Shown piece after piece: positions 18,517 through 28,785 of a stretch of 64,000 nt of DNA. The translations under genes were made by a program, and so were the position numbers. Each line of letters starts with the position of its first letter. Within the stretch, counting starts at the first letter, position 1. The stretch comes from an uncultured virus (IMG/VR IMGVR_UViG_3300025158_000014) (taxonomy: Duplodnaviria; Heunggongvirae; Uroviricota; Caudoviricetes): the IMG/VR virus record IMGVR_UViG_3300025158_000014. One strand, given 5' to 3'. The notes beneath the pieces are model-generated. The model did no database searches, had not been told where the DNA came from, and saw only the letters and a list, made by a program, of their open reading frames with translations.

Positions 18517-21267
18517 ATTTTTCGTAATATTCACTATGACACAAAACGTAGTCGTGTATATCTTTGGGAACAAACAACAGGAACCAATGACTATCGTATA
18601 ATAGATTGGGTTCCGTATGTCTTCGAGCCTGACGATCACGGACATATTGAAACTGTTGAGGGAATTCCTGTAAGAAAGGTCGAATTCAAATCATACAGTG
18701 AGTATGTAGACTACCAGAAAAATAACATATCCAATGTATATGAAAATGAAAGCCCAAAAGAAATCCAATTCTTATCCGAGTGGTATCACAATATCCCTGA
18801 TGATGCTATTGATCCTCCGAAACTTAAGATATACTCATTAGATATTGAGGTTCATACCGAAAAGGGGTTTCCTAAACCCGATCAAGCAGCGTATCCAATT
18901 CCATTGATTAATGTCAGAGAGTTTGGAGAGGGTGGTATTAACAAGTCTTGGGGAACGAAACCATACACTGGTGAATATGATGTTGATTTTGTTCATTGTA
19001 AAAATGAACATGACCTATTAACACAGTTCTTTGATTGGTGGTATCGTAACGCTCCTGATGTTGTTACGGGCTGGAATATATCACCGCATAACAAAACTAA
19101 TGAGAGGGGAGGGTTTGACCTTCCATATCTTGTCAATCGATCAAAGAATCTCTTTGGCACGAAAGCAGATGTATATAAAAAACTGTCACCGATTGGCATC
19201 GTTCGTTGTTGGGATGATAATAAATCTGGTGCTATGTATGTTGATATTGCAGGTGTATCTGTTCTTGATTATTTTGCGTTATACAAATGGTATACAACCA
19301 AGAACCCAGAGAACTATAAACTTGATACAATCGCACGTGAAGAATTAGGATTGGGTAAATTGGATTATTCAGAATACACCGATCTTCGTACTCTATATAA
19401 TGCTAACTGGAATTTGTATGTCGAGTACAACATTATTGATAACCAGAGAATTATGGAGCTTGAAGATAAATTAGGGTATATTTTGCTTGCACAATCACTT
19501 GCTCTATTATGTCGTTGTAAAATGGAACACTATACCGCATCGACCCATTTGGTTGAAGGTTTGATGTTAACGCACTTTAGACGTAATAACCTTTGTGCGC
19601 CTAGAATGGAAGGTGGACACCAAGAATGGTTCCCTGCGGCTTTCGTCAAAGAACCTCAAAAAGGTCAGTATGACTGGATTATAGACCTCGATATTGCATC
19701 ATCCTACCCTACAGCTATCATCACCCTTAATATGTCATCAGAGACCTATTATGGGCGTTGTATCGGATATAAAGACATACACGGAAGATGGATTGATACT
19801 GTTACAGGACGTGGTGACATGGATATTGTGGATGTTGCGCGGGCAGAAGCCCCAATATGTGATTTTGTTAAGAATCGTGAGTTTCCAACATTCAAACTAT
19901 TGAAGGGTGAAGACGTTGTTTTAATGAAAGGTGACAAATTAGATAAATTCAACCGAGCATTAAAAGCGGGGCTATTAGCAGTTGCGCCGTCAGGATCTAT
20001 GTATTTACAAAATAAAAAGGGATCATATGCTCAGGTTGTCCAACAGACTTATGCAAAAAGACAGGAGATCAATAAACTCAAAAAAGAGTTCAAAGGTAAA
20101 GCAACAAGAGCGAGGAATGAAGACAAAATTAAAGAATACAATATTCAGGCGAATAAATATCATGCATTACAATGGGCGTTAAAGATTGTCATCAATTCAG
20201 CATATGGTGTTACAGGTGTTCCTTATTCAAGGTTCTTTAATATTCATACCGCAGAGGCGATTTGTTCTTGTGGACGTAGAGCAATCATTACAGGACAAAA
20301 TTACGTCAACCGTTGGTTCCATGATGGTGTCTGGAAGAACGAGGAAACCCTTGAACTTCTGAACAGATTAGGAGAAGTTGATACAGATTTCAACATCATA
20401 GAAGACATGGTATCATATATTGATACGGACTCCGTTTTCATTAAGTTGGGTGCATTTGTGGACAAGGTTGTTGGTGGGGATTGGAAAACTGCTTATGAGC
20501 AGGAGTTAATTTCTGATACAATCCTGGCATTATCAAAACACGTAGAGACATATGTTAATGATAGTGCTTATGAAGAGACACAAGTGGGTGAATACAATTC
20601 AAGGATGAGCAAAGAAGAGTTCAGTATCATGTTCAAACAGGAGATTGTCTGTAAGTCAGCATTGTTCATTACGAAGAAAAAGTATGGATATCATGTTGTT
20701 AATGAGGAAGGTGTACCATGTGATAAGATTGATGTTACTGGAATGGAAATTATCAGGTCAGAAACACCATCAGCATTTAAAGACGCATTGAAAGATTTAT
20801 TGAGTATGGTGTTGCGAAACGCACCTGATGATGTTATATTTGAGACATACAAAAAAGCAAAAGCAGAAATAAAGTTCACTTATCCAGAAGAGATATCAGA
20901 GAACAAGGGTGTCAAAGGGTTGGGTAAGTGGTTGAGGGATGGTGAACCTATGAAGGGAACACCGTATCATGTGAAGGCGGTTGCCGCTTATCATAAGCTG
21001 TTGAGAGAATTGGAACTTGAAGATAAGTACATCAAAATAGAAGAAGATACCAAGAATAAACTTGTGTATGTGAAAAAGAACCCTTATGGAGTCAAATGTG
21101 TAATGTATGACCGTTGGCCCAAGGAGTTCACAGATGCAGGGGTTGAGCCAGATATAAAACAAATGATCGAAAAGTACCTCACAAATAAACTCAGAATGTT
21201 ACTTGAACCTGCGAAAAGGGAACATATATTAGAACAAAACCAAGCATTTAACGCATTTTTTGGATAA
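18517..21267 (+). CDS. Family B DNA polymerase (gp43-like), probable ATT start
   Basis: LDIEV (ExoI, upstream of the tracked 18904 start), FDLPY, DLDIASSYP, KIVINSAYG, YIDTDS, KKKY. Confidence 0.92.
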   Translation: MFRNIHYDTKRSRVYLWEQTTGTNDYRIIDWVPYVFEPDDHGHIETVEGIPVRKVEFKSYSEYVDYQKNNISNVYENESPKEIQFLSEWYHNIPDDAIDPPKLKIYSLDIEVHTEKGFPKPDQAAYPIPLINVREFGEGGINKSWGTKPYTGEYDVDFVHCKNEHDLLTQFFDWWYRNAPDVVTGWNISPHNKTNERGGFDLPYLVNRSKNLFGTKADVYKKLSPIGIVRCWDDNKSGAMYVDIAGVSVLDYFALYKWYTTKNPENYKLDTIAREELGLGKLDYSEYTDLRTLYNANWNLYVEYNIIDNQRIMELEDKLGYILLAQSLALLCRCKMEHYTASTHLVEGLMLTHFRRNNLCAPRMEGGHQEWFPAAFVKEPQKGQYDWIIDLDIASSYPTAIITLNMSSETYYGRCIGYKDIHGRWIDTVTGRGDMDIVDVARAEAPICDFVKNREFPTFKLLKGEDVVLMKGDKLDKFNRALKAGLLAVAPSGSMYLQNKKGSYAQVVQQTYAKRQEINKLKKEFKGKATRARNEDKIKEYNIQANKYHALQWALKIVINSAYGVTGVPYSRFFNIHTAEAICSCGRRAIITGQNYVNRWFHDGVWKNEETLELLNRLGEVDTDFNIIEDMVSYIDTDSVFIKLGAFVDKVVGGDWKTAYEQELISDTILALSKHVETYVNDSAYEETQVGEYNSRMSKEEFSIMFKQEIVCKSALFITKKKYGYHVVNEEGVPCDKIDVTGMEIIRSETPSAFKDALKDLLSMVLRNAPDDVIFETYKKAKAEIKFTYPEEISENKGVKGLGKWLRDGEPMKGTPYHVKAVAAYHKLLRELELEDKYIKIEEDTKNKLVYVKKNPYGVKCVMYDRWPKEFTDAGVEPDIKQMIEKYLTNKLRMLLEPAKREHILEQNQAFNAFFG

Positions 21268-21282
21268 AAAGGAGAATAATTT

Positions 21283-21513
21283 ATGGTGAATGATAAACTT
21301 TTTGGTGATGAAACATCCCACGTAAGGAAAGATCCTGTGTTTAGGCGTTATATGGAAGAGTATAAAATCATTGACAATCAGATTGAGCAAATGCAGAGGC
21401 GTAGAGGGTATTTAAGTTACAATGAAGTTATAGAATTAACCAAGTTAAAGAAAATGAAACTAGCAGCTAAAGATAAATTAAAGCAATGTAAACAAAGGCA
21501 AGCGAGATATTAA
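21283..21513 (+). CDS. Small coiled-coil protein (DUF465/YdcH-like)
   Basis: LKKMKLAAKDKL. Confidence 0.5.
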   Translation: MVNDKLFGDETSHVRKDPVFRRYMEEYKIIDNQIEQMQRRRGYLSYNEVIELTKLKKMKLAAKDKLKQCKQRQARY

Positions 21514-21912
21514 ATGGATAAATCATGTATAGATAAAATGATCACTCAAGAATATCTGAGAGATCATCCTGATCACATATTTGTTTTCGGGGATAACATG
21601 ATAGGTAAGGGTAAGAAAGATGCAGCTATACACCGAGATGAGCCTAACTCATATGGATTTATCACAAAAAAGCGACCTTCTTATGACAATAATGCATACT
21701 ACAAACCGAAAGAATATGAAAGTGTATTCAAAGAAGAAATGAGGAAATTGGTGAGAGATATAGAAGTATGTCCACATTTAACCTTTCTCATATCTAAACT
21801 AGGCGCTGGACTGGCAAATAAGTATGGTATCTACGAAAAAGTCATCCATGACGGATTGAGAGTTCTAAAAAAATATCCAAACGTTAAATTTTTGTTTGAC
21901 TTGGATCATTAA
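21514..21912 (+). CDS. Macro-like domain protein
   Basis: IFVFGDN..GKG...LGAGLA. Confidence 0.5.
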   Translation: MDKSCIDKMITQEYLRDHPDHIFVFGDNMIGKGKKDAAIHRDEPNSYGFITKKRPSYDNNAYYKPKEYESVFKEEMRKLVRDIEVCPHLTFLISKLGAGLANKYGIYEKVIHDGLRVLKKYPNVKFLFDLDH

Positions 21913-22105
21913 AAGGAGTTTTTAAGATGAAACCTGATATTAGAAAAGTATTATGCAGATGTATTGAATATGGGTTGGAAAGTGGTTATAATAGAGCGCA
22001 TAAGCATGATTCAAATCCAAACAAAGATCGCATCTTGGAAGAAATCGATAATGCTATTTGGCTAGAAATATACGAATATTTTAATTTTGATGACGAAAAT
22101 TCGTA

Positions 22106-22136
22106 TTGACTATATCCATGGATATGGTAGTATGTA
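22106..22136 (+). promoter_or_regulatory. sigma70-type early promoter with palindromic spacer
   Basis: TTGACT and TAGTAT boxes; spacer TATCCATGGATA with a near-copy at about 51319. Confidence 0.55.
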
Positions 22137-22174
22137 GTTGTATTTGAGAATAACCCATTCCCAAAGGATTCTAA

Positions 22175-22858
22175 ATGAACTTCCTAAAAGTTGTTGACCA
22201 TACCCTTCTAAAAAATACCACAAATCTTAATGATATTGTCCGTCACTGCGACGAAGCCGTTGAAATGGAAGCATATTCTATCTGTGTTAACCCCGTATGG
22301 GTCAGAGAGTGCGCCGGTCTTCTTGAAAATGATGATGTTAAAGTCTGTACCGTTGTTGGTTTTCCTCTCGGGGCCAATTCAGCCAAGGTTAAAGCCTTTG
22401 AGGCCAAAGTTGCGGTCGAAGACGGCGCTGACGAAATCGACATGGTTATCAACATCGGTTTTGCCAAGTCCGGTTTTTTTGCTGAAATACTCGAAGAAAT
22501 CAACATGGTCAAAGCCGCCATAGGTGACACAATTCTGAAAGTCATTGTTGAGACTAGTGAATTTGATGAGAAGGTCAAGAATTCCCTGTACAAACTCGTC
22601 GCAATGAGCGATGCTGACTATATCAAGACCAGTACCGGAACTACGGAAAAAGGAGCAACGGTCGAAGACGTAAGGAAAATGGTTGAAATCGGCGGTGGTC
22701 GTTACAAGGTCAAAGCAAGCGGGGGTGTCAACAACCTCAAAATCATGAGGGAAATGATCGAAGCGGGTGCTGATCGCATTGGTACCTCTGGTGGTCTTCG
22801 TATCACAGAAGAACTTAAAGGTCACAACGTGAGTGGTCTGAAAGTTAGTAATTACTAA
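22175..22858 (+). CDS. deoC: Deoxyribose-phosphate aldolase
   Basis: DHTLL, VGFPLG, DEIDMVIN, KVIVET, IKTSTG, KASGG, RIGTS. Confidence 0.95.
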   Translation: MNFLKVVDHTLLKNTTNLNDIVRHCDEAVEMEAYSICVNPVWVRECAGLLENDDVKVCTVVGFPLGANSAKVKAFEAKVAVEDGADEIDMVINIGFAKSGFFAEILEEINMVKAAIGDTILKVIVETSEFDEKVKNSLYKLVAMSDADYIKTSTGTTEKGATVEDVRKMVEIGGGRYKVKASGGVNNLKIMREMIEAGADRIGTSGGLRITEELKGHNVSGLKVSNY

Positions 22859-22932
22859 TAGAACTTCAAAGAGGGGAAATTAGAAGGTAAAATTAAAGAT
22901 GAATTAATAGAAATCCGACAGTAAAATAATCC

Positions 22933-22995
22933 TTGACTCATAATAGAATATTAGATAGAATAGGGTTGTGTCGTTGACAGAATCCTATTCTTTTT
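22933..22995 (+). promoter_or_regulatory. Early promoter overlapping a stem-loop
   Basis: TTGACT-17-TAGAAT; AGAATAGGGTT/AATCCTATTCT inverted repeat followed by a T-run. Confidence 0.5.
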
Positions 22996-23004
22996 GGAGA
23001 AAGT

Positions 23005-23229
23005 ATGAAAAAATCACTGTTAGAAATGAAACTTTGGGAAGCCCCTATTTGGTGGAATGTGATTTGTTTCGGAACGGTACTCTCATGGTTGCTCATGTTG
23101 GGCGCCAAAGCATATGTGGGTAAAACATTGACTATGTTCTTCTTTGGTGGTTGGGCGATTGGCACTTTCGCCTTTTTCGTGACCCTGTTGTTCTTCCAAA
23201 AACAAGAACCTCGCAAAGGTGGAAAATAA
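23005..23229 (+). CDS. Small two-TM membrane protein
   Basis: Two hydrophobic segments, GGAG SD. Confidence 0.6.
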   Translation: MKKSLLEMKLWEAPIWWNVICFGTVLSWLLMLGAKAYVGKTLTMFFFGGWAIGTFAFFVTLLFFQKQEPRKGGK

Positions 23230-23453
23230 TGGACTACTACAAACGAATCTATAAAGGTGTTAAGAATTGTCCTTGTTGTGGTGGTGTGTCTTATTTCGGT
23301 ATCGTATCGGGTGGTACCTATGCTGTTCAATGCGGAGACTGTGACCTTACAGGTAAACAAGTCAGTCTGCCTGGATATTGGTCAAAAGGTGGTGTTCGAC
23401 TGATGGGTCGATTGTTCATGAGAGCATTAAAACCTTGGAATAGAAGGGTGTAA
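23229..23453 (+). CDS. Lar-like zinc-ribbon protein
   Basis: CPCCGG...CGDC...WNRR. Confidence 0.6.
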   Translation: MDYYKRIYKGVKNCPCCGGVSYFGIVSGGTYAVQCGDCDLTGKQVSLPGYWSKGGVRLMGRLFMRALKPWNRRV

Positions 23454-23836
23454 TAAAGTATGAAAAATCAAGAAATTTTACATAAACCAAGGAGAAACAT
23501 CATGGCAAAACAACTTAAAGTATGGAATGGTCGCTTCATTCCGCAACCGAAAGACCAAACGGATGCCGACCTATTCAAAGCTCATAGGGGGATGTACACG
23601 CCAACGTATGCGCCTATTCCCGCGCTGATGCCTGTAGGGTTATCGAAGAGTACCTTGGGTATAGCTTCAGGGAATCTGAAATTAAAGTGTACTGGTCACC
23701 TTGTTGGGGTAACTCCATGAAGGGTGTTAAACCTGAACGTGGTCTTTGGCTTGAGTTCAATCAATATGGGAAAGAATCATTTATCAAGAGGGTCGTATGA
23801 TGGAGTATAATAAAGTATGAAAAATCAAGAAATTTT
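23451..23836 (+). repeat. 29-bp direct repeat flanking one gene
   Basis: TAATAAAGTATGAAAAATCAAGAAATTTT at 23451-23479 and 23808-23836. Confidence 0.85.
23502..23800 (+). pseudogene. Hypothetical protein frameshifted at a G5 run (23587-23591)
   Basis: One extra G joins MAKQLKVWNGR to the ANVCAYSRADA...WGNSMKG frame. Confidence 0.55.
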
Positions 23837-26800
23837 CAGTATTATCCGAAACGAATTCACCGAGGAAATCGCGGTTAACGCAACTATCCTCATTTTAATC
23901 AATAAAACTCTTATGCCATATAATGAAGAAATGGTCAACAATGGTCTGTATGTTGAACGTCTAAAAAGTCAATATGTTAATGTTCTGTGGCAGCTTGACA
24001 AAGAAAAACAAGATCTCTGTATGAAGATTTGGGATGTCTGGCATACATTCGAGATTGGTCATAATATGGATGGTCTTGGTGGGTGTAAGAAAAAAACTCT
24101 CAAAGAACTAATTGGTATTGAACAAGTTGATGAACCCTTGACATCGAAACAAATTCTTGATAATATGGATAGGTGAAAGGATAATAAAATGAACGAAGAC
24201 TATAATAGTAGGATAAAGAAAGTGTATTTTCTTTTAAATTATGCATTAAGTCACCTTCCACCCAATGAAGAGGAAAATCACCCATTTAAAAATGACTATG
24301 AATTAAATGTAAAACTAGCAAGAAGAAATGTATTAGAAGCATATAGTGAAATTATGAATATGATTTATGAAGAACAAGATTGTTAAAACGAATTCTTGAT
24401 AATATGGATAGGTGAGTGATGAATAAATTATCAGACAATGATATAGATGAAATAATTGATCTTGTGGATCATTCATGGGAAAATAATAAAGATTTTCGTG
24501 GTAGATATAGGAAAGAATATTTTATATCAGACTTGAGATGTTTATTGCGAAACAGGAGTTCCGGTCTGCGTGAAAATGTATGTATTCATTGTTTGGGGAC
24601 AGGATATAAAACAAATGAGTAATTTTAAAGTATCAGCAACTCTACAAGCATCATTGAATGTTGATTGTCCGAAATGTGAAGAAACATTCGATGCTTTTGA
24701 CCAAGACAATGCAGGTGATATCCTTACACCAATTTTTTATAATGCATGGGATGATCTAATTGGTTGTGAGTTGAGTTGTCCCTATTGTAAAGAAGAAATT
24801 GAACTTACAGAAATTATCTGGTAGGAGATAATAATTGTGCGTAAGTATAAAATTGAAATTATGGAAACTCGAATGTTATCCGAGTTGAACTGTGATATCT
24901 GTGGAATGGATATCATAAACACACCACTCGAAGAACAAGAATCAATCTCAATCTCAGATGTCGGTGGATATGGCTCTGTTTGGGGTGATGGATACGAGTA
25001 CCAACTAGATATGTGTCAGCACTGCTTCAAGGAGAAACTTGGTCAATATGTGAGGATTTTGTGATATGTCCTGAATGTGATGATACTGTTATGACCGAGG
25101 GATTATGTAAAGATTGTAGAAATACAATGTTATCTAAACATAATTGTACTGATTGTGCATGTGAATCATGGATACAACCATGTGAATCATGTGATAATCA
25201 TATAAATCAAAGGAATCATTATAAATGAAACAGAAATATACACTCAAATTTGCTCTTGAAGTAGAGATTGAGATCAACGGCGAAAGACCAAGTGATGAAA
25301 TTCTACAAGATCGATTTATTGATGCTGTGAGTGAGAGATTTCCTAGTGTCGTATTTGATGATGATGAACTTGATTGTACTGTATTTGTAAATTCATGGTG
25401 TTATGATATGTTCACAATCAACGAGAACAAATAAGTGAATAGTGAATACGGAATAACTTATTATATAACAGCAGAAGACCCAAGATATCCTATTTTGGTC
25501 TTACAAGGTGAATTTGGGTCTGTTGGATATTCATTAAATAAGGAAACAGGACACTTGCATAGAGTTTGTCTATGTCATGCTCATAATGATAATGAATGTT
25601 GCTGTGGAGCATGGAGTGAGGATATATGAATTTAACTGATGATGATTTTGTAAAAATTTGTGAAGACGCCAACGAATCGTACAATAAACAGTCTGATTAT
25701 TTTGTTGTTCAGAAAGACTTTCGTGATAGTTATGATTATCATTTGATTATGTCTACAGCAAAACATCTATTCAAAAAAGAGAATGATTTGAGGGATGTCA
25801 TCAGAGAAGTTCAAAATATCTGTATTGAATCACTTGATAATGTTGGTGAAATTTGTATGAATACCGAAGATTCAGCAAAAGTCTTAACTATGCTAAATTA
25901 TAAAGTGAAATAAAAAGTGTTGAATATGAGAAATAAATTCTTATCAGAGTTAATGGGATTAAAATATCATGAAGTAACACATTCTCCATACGTGTTTGAG
26001 CTTGAAGGTATATCCGAGACTCGTTACAAACATAAATGTTCATGTGGTGCTGGATGGAATTCTATTCACGAATATGATGTATGTATTACAAGAAACCTTG
26101 ATTTTTCCACATGGGATAGTTTCGGTAAACTGTGGGAGTTCTCAGTCAAAAAAGACTGGTGGAATGAATTTGCTTGTGAACAAATTGAAACTATCACAGG
26201 TAACTATAGTTCATGGCTTGACGAAGAAATGATTAATCCTAGCGTATTTGCAGATAAAATTTACGAATTCTTGAAGGAGAGATAAAATGAGTGGTGGACA
26301 TTTTGATTATCAACAATACCGTCTTCATGATATAGCACAAAGTATTGAAGAAATTATTGCTCATAATAATGTTGAAAATGAGTATGGATATTCTTATGGA
26401 TTTTCAGAAGAAACTCTTGAAGAATTTCGTAAAGCAGTAGACTACTTAAAAATTGCTGAAGTTTATGTTCAACGTGTTGACTGGTTGGTATCTGGTGATG
26501 ATGGTGAAGATGATTTCCATAAACGGCTGAAAAAAGAACTTCAAAAAATTGTTGCGAGATAAATTATATGAAATATGAAGAAGCAAAAATCCGGTGTCAC
26601 ATAAGATCCGCGATTTATCGGGAAGCGGAACCTCACATCAAATATTGGAAGAATCATCCAAAAACATTAGATGAAAGGGTTATAGAATATGATAAACTAT
26701 GCAGTGATTGGAAAGAGTATGATCCTAGAGAAGACGATGATTGTTCGTTATCATTTTTTAACGATTAAAGATTGAAAAAAACAGATGTTGACTTTTTCTT

Positions 26801-27100
26801 TGTATTAGGATATGATATATGTATAAACGATGAAGGGATTCTAAAATGTTCTATAAAACTGTGGAATTTAAGAAACGTATTGATGGTACCATGTATGCAC
26901 ATTTTCAGAATGTACCGGGGGATCGAGAGGAAATTGAGACCAAACCGAATCCTTGCGGTTTCTACGATCATCCACAAGATATGCCTGATCAAGAGGCTTT
27001 TGTGACGCTTAAACAAGCCATGATAGATAATTATAAAAATGAAATAAAAGCCTTAGAAAAATTAATAGCTTCTGTGGAGAATGTACAATATAAAAACTGA
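23817..27100 (+). other. Array of about 13 small co-oriented early hypothetical ORFs, several Cys-rich
   Basis: Abutting 60-120 aa ORFs with SD sequences, interspersed with TTGAC promoters. Confidence 0.7.
24152..24415 (+). repeat. 25-bp direct repeat flanking one gene
   Basis: AATTCTTGATAATATGGATAGGTGA at 24152-24176 and 24391-24415. Confidence 0.85.
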
Positions 27101-27129
27101 ATTTATTAATTTAATCGATACGTTAAAAG

Positions 27130-27158
27130 TTGACTTGAATAATCGTTTATAGTATCAT
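27130..27158 (+). promoter_or_regulatory. sigma70 promoter of the ncRNA locus
   Basis: TTGACT-17 nt-TATCAT, with no credible + strand ORF downstream. Confidence 0.75.
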
Positions 27159-27174
27159 ATACATAGTGGTTGAG

Positions 27175-27440
<266 letters not shown>

Positions 27441-27442
27441 AA

Positions 27443-27536
27443 ATGAATAGTAGTTGTAGAAGTGTCGATGTATGAAATTCGCTCTTTCGTTATTAGGTAG
27501 CACCTATAAAATTCGATAACTACAACTACTGTTCAT
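27443..27536 (+). ncRNA. Second structured RNA (17-bp closing stem, branched interior)
   Basis: ATGAATAGTAGTTGTAG/CTACAACTACTGTTCAT plus internal hairpins. Confidence 0.6.
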
Positions 27537-27548
27537 ACATTAATACTA

Positions 27549-27588
27549 ACAAAACCTCATCATTTATGAACAAGTGATGAGGTTTTGT
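27549..27588. terminator. Bidirectional terminator
   Basis: AAAACCTCATCATTT/AAGTGATGAGGTTTT between convergent units. Confidence 0.8.
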
Positions 27589-27599
27589 CTTACTTATTA

Positions 27600-27815
27600 T
27601 TAGACTAAATCTCTCAACTGTTTTTCTAATTTTCTCATTTCTGTTTCTATTTTCATTATCTTCTTCTTTAATTCTTTATCAGTCACCCTAACAGAAACAT
27701 ATCTAAAATATTCATCAAACTCATTCCATTTAATTAATGCACTTTCTATTTGATGATAATCATTTATGTCTTTTTCACCAATATATTTCTCTGTGATATA
27801 ATTTATATTATTCAT
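27600..27815 (-). CDS. Small putative internal head protein
   Basis: MNNINYITEKYIGE; GGAGG SD. Confidence 0.6.
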   Translation of the reverse strand: MNNINYITEKYIGEKDINDYHQIESALIKWNEFDEYFRYVSVRVTDKELKKKIMKIETEMRKLEKQLRDLV

Positions 27816-27826
27816 TTATAATCCTC

Positions 27827-28138
27827 CTATGATATGTAAGCATTAAGTTCGTAAGTATTTCTGTCCGTATCTCTGTTATAAACCTGAAAATGAAGAGCTT
27901 TTCGTTGCTTTTTACCACCTTTGTATAGCGGAATGCTCAATTTAACAGTTTTACCTTTTGAAGGTTTCTTTGGTCCTGTTCCTATAATATCAAATGTCTC
28001 AGAATCATCAGTCTCATATCCCATTCTTTTTGCCAAAGCAAGAGCCTCGTCAGCAGCAGAGGTATACGTGTCATGATACAATTCATAATCACTTTTGGCT
28101 TCATTAATATACTTTGTTATTTTGCTTACAATATCCAT
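27827..28138 (-). CDS. Putative internal head protein
   Basis: MDIVSKITKYINE leader; late operon. Confidence 0.6.
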   Translation of the reverse strand: MDIVSKITKYINEAKSDYELYHDTYTSAADEALALAKRMGYETDDSETFDIIGTGPKKPSKGKTVKLSIPLYKGGKKQRKALHFQVYNRDTDRNTYELNAYIS

Positions 28139-28150
28139 TTATTTTCTCCT

Positions 28151-28405
28151 TTATATCATCACATAAACATATTTATTGTCACTATATTTTTCCAATGATA
28201 TATCACGAGTATATCTATGACCTCTTTTATCCTCAAGGGTAATGCTATCAGAATCGGGTAAAAGGTTCTTGTCAATTAAAATGGTTTGATTTGATTGTCT
28301 CACCCCTTTTACTTTCTTTGTTCTGGATATATGACCCAATACATCGAAAACTTCTGTAGTGGATTCACATAGGTATTGCTCCACGATAGAATCAATGTTT
28401 TTCAT
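28151..28405 (-). CDS. Putative internal head protein
   Basis: MKNIDSIVEQYLCE leader. Confidence 0.6.
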   Translation of the reverse strand: MKNIDSIVEQYLCESTTEVFDVLGHISRTKKVKGVRQSNQTILIDKNLLPDSDSITLEDKRGHRYTRDISLEKYSDNKYVYVMI

Positions 28406-28431
28406 GTGATATTCCTCCTTTTTGATATTTG

Positions 28432-28439
28432 TATTTATA
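28432..28439 (-). promoter_or_regulatory. T4-type late promoter
   Basis: TATAAATA upstream of the three-gene minus-strand operon. Confidence 0.7.
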
Positions 28440-28510
28440 ATTTTCTTGACATACCACGAAGATTGACCTATACTATATTTATCGTTGGCATTTAGCGGAG
28501 AGGATTGATT

Positions 28511-28783
28511 ATGAAAGAAGTCACAAAAACCAAATTGAATGATTGGTCACATGGTTGGTTGTCGGTAAAACGTAAAGAACTTGATGAACTTGGTATTGCT
28601 GATGACATTACCCCCTACTCGTATCAACGTGGTCAATCTGTCTATCTCGAAGAAGATTATGATATGATTACCTACCTTCGGGCACAGGAAAGACGTGGTG
28701 TCAATGTCAACATTAAATATGGTAAAAGGTGTTATAAGAATTCCCCTGTCCGTTCCTATAAAAGCTATACAACAAGGGTATAA
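28511..28783 (+). CDS. Hypothetical phage protein
   Basis: HGWLSV...YSYQ...YLEED. Confidence 0.6.
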   Translation: MKEVTKTKLNDWSHGWLSVKRKELDELGIADDITPYSYQRGQSVYLEEDYDMITYLRAQERRGVNVNIKYGKRCYKNSPVRSYKSYTTRV

Positions 28784-28785
28784 GT

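Noticed and set aside
22230..22825. Long alternative-frame and antisense ORFs over deoC (and similar shadows over polB, rtcB, rimK)
   Set aside because: Explained by codon bias of the real gene; no motifs.
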